Origin: Candidatus Falkowbacteria bacterium UBA917
GTDB taxonomy: Bacteria > Patescibacteriota > Patescibacteriia > Patescibacteriales > Patescibacteriaceae
Direction of reading: 5' to 3'
NCBI GenBank assembly: GCA_002293855.1
Contig: DBEB01000010.1
Location: 1-63,599 of the forward strand
DNA length: 63,599 bases
Each line of letters begins with the position of its first letter. Positions within the stretch are counted from its first letter, which is position 1. A model generated the notes under the pieces. It saw only the letters and a list, made by a program, of their open reading frames with translations. It made no database searches and was not told where the DNA came from. Below are positions 58,585 through 63,599 of the stretch, in pieces. The position numbers and the translations under genes are program-made.

Positions 58585-59859
58585 TTAGACAGTGTCGTAC
58601 TCACGCATGGAGAGCTGAGCTTCGATTTGTTTGATGCTTTCGATAACGACGCTAACGACGATGAGGATACTGGTACCGCCAATGGTGAGCAGTGGAATAT
58701 TACCAGCAAAGAGTCGAACGAGCATTGGCAGCACGGCAATTAAAGCGAGGAAGAGAGCGCCACCAAAGACGATTTTGTGAACAGTGTCAGTCAGATATTC
58801 AGTGGTGTGACGACCAGGACGAATACCAGGGATAAAGCCACCTTGGTTTTGGAGGTTTTCGGCAATACGCTTGGGATGGAAGATAATCTCAGTGTAAAAA
58901 TAAGTAAAGCCAAAGACTAGGACAAAATAACCAAGACCGTAAACTAGACTGTGATTAGACCACTTGATAATAAACTCTGCGGCCTGTTGCAACCAAACTG
59001 ATTGTGCCTTGGTAAAGAATTGAGCAATCATTTGAGGTAAAGTAATAATACTGACCGCAAAGATGATAGGCATAACACCAGCCATATTGACACGTAGTGG
59101 CAAATGACTAACGCCGCCGGCTCTAGCACCACGAATCTGACGAGCGTATTGAACAGGGATATTACGTTGAGCTTCATTAACAACCACGACACCGACAACC
59201 GTAGCAAGCACCACTAGGGCGAAGGCAATCACAGTGAAGAGCATTGATTGATCATAGGTACCGATCAACTGAGCAATAGTAGAAACTAGACCGGAGATAA
59301 TGCCGGCAAAAATCATAATAGAAATACCATTACCGATTTTCTTTTCACTAATAATCTCACCCATCCACATCAGGACAACAGTACCGGCAGTGATAGTCAT
59401 GACATTAACAAAAATACCAAAGAGAGAAATGTTGCCAAAGATGGCTGAGGAAGAACGTTGCAAAAGCAAGATGACGCTATAAGACTGCAACATAGCAATT
59501 GGCACAGTTAACCAACGAGTCCATTGGTTAATCTTGGCGCGGCCGGACTCTTCTTTGTTCATTTCCTCAAACTTTGGCACAATCATGCCGAGCAACTGGA
59601 AAATAATAGAAGCAGTAATGTAAGGGGCTACACCCATAGTGACAATGGACATTTTTTCCATACCGCCACCAGAGAAAAGACTTAGCAGACCAAAGACTTG
59701 ATTACCTGGATTACCCAAGAAGTCAGTCAAAGCCTGAGCATTAACACCAGGGATAGGAATATGGGCCATTAAACGAAAAAAGGCCAGCAACACCAGCACA
59801 AAAAGAATATTGTTGCGCAGGTCACGAGCCTTTAGGATTTGCTCAATTTTACTTGGCAT
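58585..59859 (-). CDS. secY: preprotein translocase subunit SecY
   Basis: 424 aa with 10 TM. It has LFSGGGMEKMSIVTMGVAPYITASIIFQLL and sits after rplO. Confidence 0.95.
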   Translation of the reverse strand: MPSKIEQILKARDLRNNILFVLVLLAFFRLMAHIPIPGVNAQALTDFLGNPGNQVFGLLSLFSGGGMEKMSIVTMGVAPYITASIIFQLLGMIVPKFEEMNKEESGRAKINQWTRWLTVPIAMLQSYSVILLLQRSSSAIFGNISLFGIFVNVMTITAGTVVLMWMGEIISEKKIGNGISIMIFAGIISGLVSTIAQLIGTYDQSMLFTVIAFALVVLATVVGVVVVNEAQRNIPVQYARQIRGARAGGVSHLPLRVNMAGVMPIIFAVSIITLPQMIAQFFTKAQSVWLQQAAEFIIKWSNHSLVYGLGYFVLVFGFTYFYTEIIFHPKRIAENLQNQGGFIPGIRPGRHTTEYLTDTVHKIVFGGALFLALIAVLPMLVRLFAGNIPLLTIGGTSILIVVSVVIESIKQIEAQLSMREYDTV

Positions 59860-59915
59860 AGATTTAAGAAATAATTCCCACCGACAAGCGGGAGTGGTTA
59901 AAAACTCCTGGTAAA

Positions 59916-60401
59916 TTACTTGCTAGCTTTTTTGACAACTTTTTTAGTCGCTACTTTAGGAGCGGCAATCTTACCACCTTGAGCAAGGATTGCAGCCTGA
60001 GCAGAAGCACTAACTAAGACTTTGGAGAAATTTAAATTGGCAACAGTCAAATCACCGTTAGAGAGAATTTTGACTTCACCGCCATTCTTGCTGATCAAAC
60101 CATGCTTAGCAAGAGACAAAGGATTGACCAAGTCACCAGCCTTGAACTTCAAATTGATAGCCTTGAAATTAACGACTTGCTTCTTGGCAAAGTGGGATTT
60201 GAAACCACGAACTTTAGGTACCTGCAAGAGCATTTGTCTCATACCGAGACGCTTCAAGCCACTGACACCAGAGCGAGCCTTTTGACCCTTGATACCACGA
60301 GTAGCAGAAGTACCGTGACCAGAAGCGTTACCGCGACCGACACGCTTAGGCTTATGGTAAGCACCAGCTGATGGCTTGAGATTACTTAATGATAATGACA
60401 T
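59916..60401 (-). CDS. rplO: 50S ribosomal protein L15
   Basis: 161 aa. KRVGRGNASGHGTSATRGIKGQKARSG matches the family. Confidence 0.95.
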   Translation of the reverse strand: MSLSLSNLKPSAGAYHKPKRVGRGNASGHGTSATRGIKGQKARSGVSGLKRLGMRQMLLQVPKVRGFKSHFAKKQVVNFKAINLKFKAGDLVNPLSLAKHGLISKNGGEVKILSNGDLTVANLNFSKVLVSASAQAAILAQGGKIAAPKVATKKVVKKASK

Positions 60402-60422
60402 ATGGATAATTGATTATAGATA

Positions 60423-61094
60423 TTAAGCCTTAACCTCGACAGTTTCAGCAACTGGCAATTTTAAAGCCTTAGCTTTTTTGACTTTGAGAGAAGCGAGAGC
60501 GAGCATAACACACTTAGCGTTAGTAACATTGTTGTTAGTGCCAAGGATCTTACTGCTGATGTTGTGAATACCGGCTAGTTCCGCAATCATACGGACGACG
60601 CTACCGCAGATGATACCTTGACCCTTACGACCAGGCTTCAAAAGAATAAGAGAAGCACCGAATTTCTGACGAATTTCATGAGGAATAGTGTCGTTGGCTA
60701 GAGGTACATCAAGCATCTGCTTCTTGGCTTGGTTAACAGCTTTGGTAATAGCCATAGTAACGTCAGCGCCCTTAGCTAAACCCAAACCTACTTTGCCTTT
60801 GCCATTACCAATAGCAACACAAGCACGGAAACGCATACGCTTACCGCCGGCCATAACACGAGTTACGCGAGCAAGGTCAATGATCTTTTGTTCGAACTCA
60901 CTGTCTTGAGCAAAGGCATCATTGCGACCACCGCGCTGATTGCCACCACGACCGTGACCAGTACCATTGCCAGCAGAGCCAGAGTTAGTTTTATTAGAAC
61001 CACCAAAGGAACGGCGGTTAGCACCGGCAGCTCCAGCTGGTCGAGACTGAGCGCTAGGAGCGGCGGCAGGTTTTTTAGTTGATTGATTATCCAT
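60423..61094 (-). CDS. rpsE: 30S ribosomal protein S5 with an about 55-aa Gly/Asn/Arg-rich N-terminal extension
   Basis: 223 aa. The core is KIIDLARVTRVMAGGKRMRFRACVAIGNGKGKVGLGLAKGADV. It is preceded by the low-complexity stretch ...RRSFGGSNKTNSGSAGNGTGHGRGGNQRGGRND. Confidence 0.95.
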   Translation of the reverse strand: MDNQSTKKPAAAPSAQSRPAGAAGANRRSFGGSNKTNSGSAGNGTGHGRGGNQRGGRNDAFAQDSEFEQKIIDLARVTRVMAGGKRMRFRACVAIGNGKGKVGLGLAKGADVTMAITKAVNQAKKQMLDVPLANDTIPHEIRQKFGASLILLKPGRKGQGIICGSVVRMIAELAGIHNISSKILGTNNNVTNAKCVMLALASLKVKKAKALKLPVAETVEVKA

Positions 61095-61102
61095 ATAGTA
61101 TA

Positions 61103-61456
61103 TTAAAATTCTAAGCCGCCTTCACGAGCACCATCAGCCAAAGCCTTGATACGACCGTGATAGAGATTGGCGCCACGGTCAAAAACTACCTGAGTAACTT
61201 TGGCTGCCTTAGCTTTTTCAGCCAATTTCTTGCCGAGAGCCAAAGCGGCTTCAGTCTTGGTTAATTTGGTAGTCAGTTCCTTAGCATGAGCGCTAGCTAA
61301 AGTCACACCAAGATCATCATTGATAATCTGAGCAAATAGATAGCGGTTGGATTTAAAGACGGACAAACGTGGACGAAGCGCAGTACCAAAAATCTTAGAA
61401 CGTACGCGAGCGGCGCGTCTAGCCTTAGTTTTTCCTTGCATAACAACTTTGTTCAT
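61103..61456 (-). CDS. rplR: 50S ribosomal protein L18
   Basis: 117 aa. RPRLSVFKSNRYLFAQIIND...VFDRGANLYHGRIKALADGAREGGLEF matches the family. Confidence 0.95.
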   Translation of the reverse strand: MNKVVMQGKTKARRAARVRSKIFGTALRPRLSVFKSNRYLFAQIINDDLGVTLASAHAKELTTKLTKTEAALALGKKLAEKAKAAKVTQVVFDRGANLYHGRIKALADGAREGGLEF

Positions 61457-61467
61457 ATGATTTAAGA

Positions 61468-62007
61468 TTATTTGGCTGAAGTCTTACCAGCTTTACGTCT
61501 GATAACTTCGTCAACATATTTAATACCCTTACCCTTATATGGCTCGGGTTCTTTGAGACGACGGATACTAGCAGCAGTCTCACCTACTAATTGCTTGTCA
61601 AAGCCAGCGATGGTAATAAACTTACCTTCAACCACGGCAGTGATGCCTTTTGGTAGATTGAAGACAACTGGATGAGAAAAGCCAAGGCTCAAATTAACCT
61701 TGTCACCAGCGGAGGCCATTTTGTAACCGACACCGTTGATTTCTAATTTCTTTTCAAAGCCCTTGTTAACACCTTCGACCATATTGCGGATCAAAGAGCG
61801 CATCAAACCCCAGAGAGCGCGTTGCTTTTTGTCATCAGCATCCATCACAGTCACGCTGATTTGCTCGTCAGTGATAGCTAGTTTTACTTCAGCGGGAATC
61901 AACTGAGTCAAAGTGCCTTTTGGACCTTTGACGCTCAAAAGATCGCCTGTAAGCAAGACGGTAGTACCCTTAGGGATAGCGATTGGTAATTTTCCTAAAC
62001 GTGACAT
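61468..62007 (-). CDS. rplF: 50S ribosomal protein L6
   Basis: 179 aa. MSRLGKLPIAIPKG...EPYKGKGIKY matches the family. Confidence 0.95.
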   Translation of the reverse strand: MSRLGKLPIAIPKGTTVLLTGDLLSVKGPKGTLTQLIPAEVKLAITDEQISVTVMDADDKKQRALWGLMRSLIRNMVEGVNKGFEKKLEINGVGYKMASAGDKVNLSLGFSHPVVFNLPKGITAVVEGKFITIAGFDKQLVGETAASIRRLKEPEPYKGKGIKYVDEVIRRKAGKTSAK

Positions 62008-62026
62008 ATGATCTTATGATTAAAAA

Positions 62027-62440
62027 TTAATAAATTTCGCAAATCAACTCGCCGCCAATTTTACGCTTGCCAGCTTCTTTGTTGGTCATTAGTCCTTCGG
62101 AAGTGGACAAGATAGCGATACCAAGACCGTTCAAAACACGAGGCAACTCATCTTTACCAACATAGACACGACGACTAGGTTTAGAAGCACGTTCAATAGA
62201 AGTGATGGCACTTTCACCATTGTCCTTGTACTTCAAAGTGATTTTCAACTCGTCGAACATCATGTTCTTGTTCTTTTTGCTAGGGACCTTAAGCTGTTCA
62301 ACTTTTTCAATCCAATGAGTTTCTTGCAAGATTTTGGCGATTTGTAATTTCAGTTTGCTCATAGGCAAGACGACCTCAGCCTTTTTGATGGCGGCGGCAT
62401 TCCTGATTCTTGTGAGCATGTCTGCGATTGGATCTGTCAT
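62027..62440 (-). CDS. rpsH: 30S ribosomal protein S8
   Basis: 137 aa. MTDPIADMLTRIRNA...GGELICEIY matches the family. Confidence 0.95.
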   Translation of the reverse strand: MTDPIADMLTRIRNAAAIKKAEVVLPMSKLKLQIAKILQETHWIEKVEQLKVPSKKNKNMMFDELKITLKYKDNGESAITSIERASKPSRRVYVGKDELPRVLNGLGIAILSTSEGLMTNKEAGKRKIGGELICEIY

Positions 62441-62507
62441 AATTATTTATAAATTATTGCTACGAATTATCCGATAAGGATGTTCGTAGACGATTGTTTT
62501 CAATAAA

Positions 62508-62693
62508 TTACCAACTGGCTTTTCTGATACCAGGCAAGTCGGCGTTGTTTGCTAATTCCCGGAAACAAATACGGCACAAACCAAAATCTCTCATAAAACC
62601 GTGGTTGCGACCACAGCGCCAGCAACGGCGCACCACGCGGGTGGAGAACTTGGGAGGTCTGATAGCTTTAATTAGTAATGCTTTTCTTGCCAT
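62508..62693 (-). CDS. rpsN: 30S ribosomal protein S14, type Z (zinc-binding)
   Basis: 61 aa. It has CWRCGRNHGFMRDFGLCRICFRE. Confidence 0.95.
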   Translation of the reverse strand: MARKALLIKAIRPPKFSTRVVRRCWRCGRNHGFMRDFGLCRICFRELANNADLPGIRKASW

Positions 62694-62703
62694 ATGTAAT
62701 TTA

Positions 62704-63243
62704 TTAATCTTTCTTAAAGGGGAAACCTAGAGCACGCCAGAGTGCGAGGCCTTCTTCGGCAGTCTGGGCATTGGTGCTTAAGTTCACTTCTAAACCATGA
62801 ACCTTGTCAACTTGTTCGACTTTGATTTCAGCAAAAGCAGTGTGATCTCTGAAACCGATGCTGATATTACCAGTCTTGTCTACGCTAGCGGCATTAATAC
62901 CACGGAAGTCACGGACACGAGGGAAAGTAATGTTGATCAGCTTTTCAACGAAGTCATACATCTTTTCGCCACGCAAGGTAACGGCCACACCAACTACTTC
63001 GCCTTCACGAACCTTGAAAGCTGAGATAGACTTCTTGGCCTTGGTCAGAACCGGTTTTTGACCGGAGATGGCTTCTAAGTCTTTGATCACGCTTTCGATA
63101 TAAGCTTTGTCTTTGGTCATTTTACCAACGCCGACGTTGATGGAGACCTTTAGCAACTTAGGCACAGCCAAGACAGACTTGTAGCCGAACTGGGTGCGCA
63201 GAGCTGGGGCGATCTCTTTTTTGTATAACTCTCTTAATCTCAT
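62704..63243 (-). CDS. rplE: 50S ribosomal protein L5
   Basis: 179 aa. MRLRELYKKEIAPAL...ITFPRVRDFRG matches the family. Confidence 0.95.
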   Translation of the reverse strand: MRLRELYKKEIAPALRTQFGYKSVLAVPKLLKVSINVGVGKMTKDKAYIESVIKDLEAISGQKPVLTKAKKSISAFKVREGEVVGVAVTLRGEKMYDFVEKLINITFPRVRDFRGINAASVDKTGNISIGFRDHTAFAEIKVEQVDKVHGLEVNLSTNAQTAEEGLALWRALGFPFKKD

Positions 63244-63252
63244 AAGCTTTTA

Positions 63253-63585
63253 TTAATCAATGGTTTTTTTACATTTTTTACAAATTCTGATCTTCTTGTG
63301 CTTGGTAGCATCACCGACCTTGATCTCCTGATTTTCAAAAGCGATGCGAGTTGGTTTGGCACACTTAGGGCAAATCAATTGCAAATTAGACAAGTGAAGA
63401 GCGGCAGGAAATTCGACACGCTGACCTTTCTCGCCTTTCTTTTGAGGGCGCAAATGCTTGACCAACAAATTAAGACCTTCAACGCTGGCACGATTATCCT
63501 GAGGGAAAACTTGCAAAACCTTACCGACTTTGCCCTTGTCTTTACCGGCGATAATTTTTACTTGATCATTAGACTTTATCTTCAT
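63253..63585 (-). CDS. rplX: 50S ribosomal protein L24 (with C-terminal Cys4 zinc ribbon)
   Basis: 110 aa. It has a KOW motif (IIAGKDKGKVGKVLQV) and CPKCAKPTR...CKKCKK, as in Thermus-type L24. Confidence 0.95.
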   Translation of the reverse strand: MKIKSNDQVKIIAGKDKGKVGKVLQVFPQDNRASVEGLNLLVKHLRPQKKGEKGQRVEFPAALHLSNLQLICPKCAKPTRIAFENQEIKVGDATKHKKIRICKKCKKTID

Positions 63586-63599
63586 ATGAGCATTTATAC

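Noticed and set aside
58524-58743. Two 71-aa ORFs on both strands at the secY 3' end.
   Set aside because: They overlap the conserved secY C-terminus and its terminator. They are shadow frames without signals.
62441-62507. A hairpin (ctacgaa...ttcgtag) in the 67-nt rpsN-rpsH spacer, considered as an S8 autoregulatory site or attenuator.
   Set aside because: It has only a 7-bp stem and a 16-nt loop with no T-run, and I cannot verify any similarity to the E. coli spc operator. The evidence is insufficient from one sequence.
1-63599. CRISPR arrays, rRNA genes, transposases, integrases, prophage genes, and alternative genetic code (UGA recoding).
   Set aside because: There are no regularly spaced direct repeats, and no rRNA-like or transposase- or integrase-like ORFs. 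Long conserved genes terminate at TGA (for example the mgtA-like gene at 29171-29173) and contain no in-frame TGA, so the standard code 11 fits.

Overview
This 63.6-kb chromosomal window is densely coding, with about 75 protein genes and 2 tRNAs, most on the minus strand. I infer it comes from a Candidate Phyla Radiation (Patescibacteria) type bacterium. Three things point that way. The ribosomal spc-type operon (rplX-rplE-rpsN-rpsH-rplF-rplR-rpsE-rplO-secY) has no room for L30 between rpsE and rplO. There are proteins I recall as common in CPR genomes (DUF4012-like, DUF5671-like, CxxC-x17-CxxC zinc-ribbon protein). The housekeeping set is reduced. The standard genetic code applies, since long ORFs end in TGA.

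Recognisable content:
- Translation and housekeeping: hpf, rseP, frr, holB, aspS, tpiA, alr, adk, map.
- Envelope block: GT4 glycosyltransferase, mreB, DUF4012-like protein, two MacB-type permeases, an ABC ATPase and an HlyD adaptor.
- A dcw fragment: mraY-ftsW-murG.
- Replication and repair: dnaB-ybaB-recR, recO, ruvX, scpAB.
- Fe-S and sulfur genes: nifS/nifU-like, sufS.
- Others: a Fur-family regulator, cold-shock protein, MgtA-like P-type ATPase, tRNA-Gln(UUG) and tRNA-Thr(GGU).

Many intergenic regions carry near-consensus sigma70-type promoters with exactly 17-nt spacers, and clean hairpin plus T-run terminators.

Most interesting non-housekeeping content:
1. A self-contained three-gene operon at the left edge, built around a 1061-aa polytopic and helical giant protein.
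2. A secreted protein with three cohesin-like modules, a dockerin-like EF-hand pair and a T9SS-CTD/FlgD-Ig-like tail.
3. A catalytically degenerate PilB/GspE-like protein on an apparently leaderless mRNA, coupled to mgtA.
4. An unannotated 37-aa hydrophobic ORF with its own promoter, SD and terminator next to fur.
5. A dispersed palindromic intergenic repeat at two loci, one copy MITE-like.
6. An ExoX-like exonuclease followed by a fused UvrD-helicase/PD-(D/E)xK nuclease.
7. Several orphan single-gene transcription units, two of them inserted between secY and adk.

No CRISPR array, rRNA, transposase or prophage genes were seen. All family assignments come from motif recognition by eye, not from database searches.
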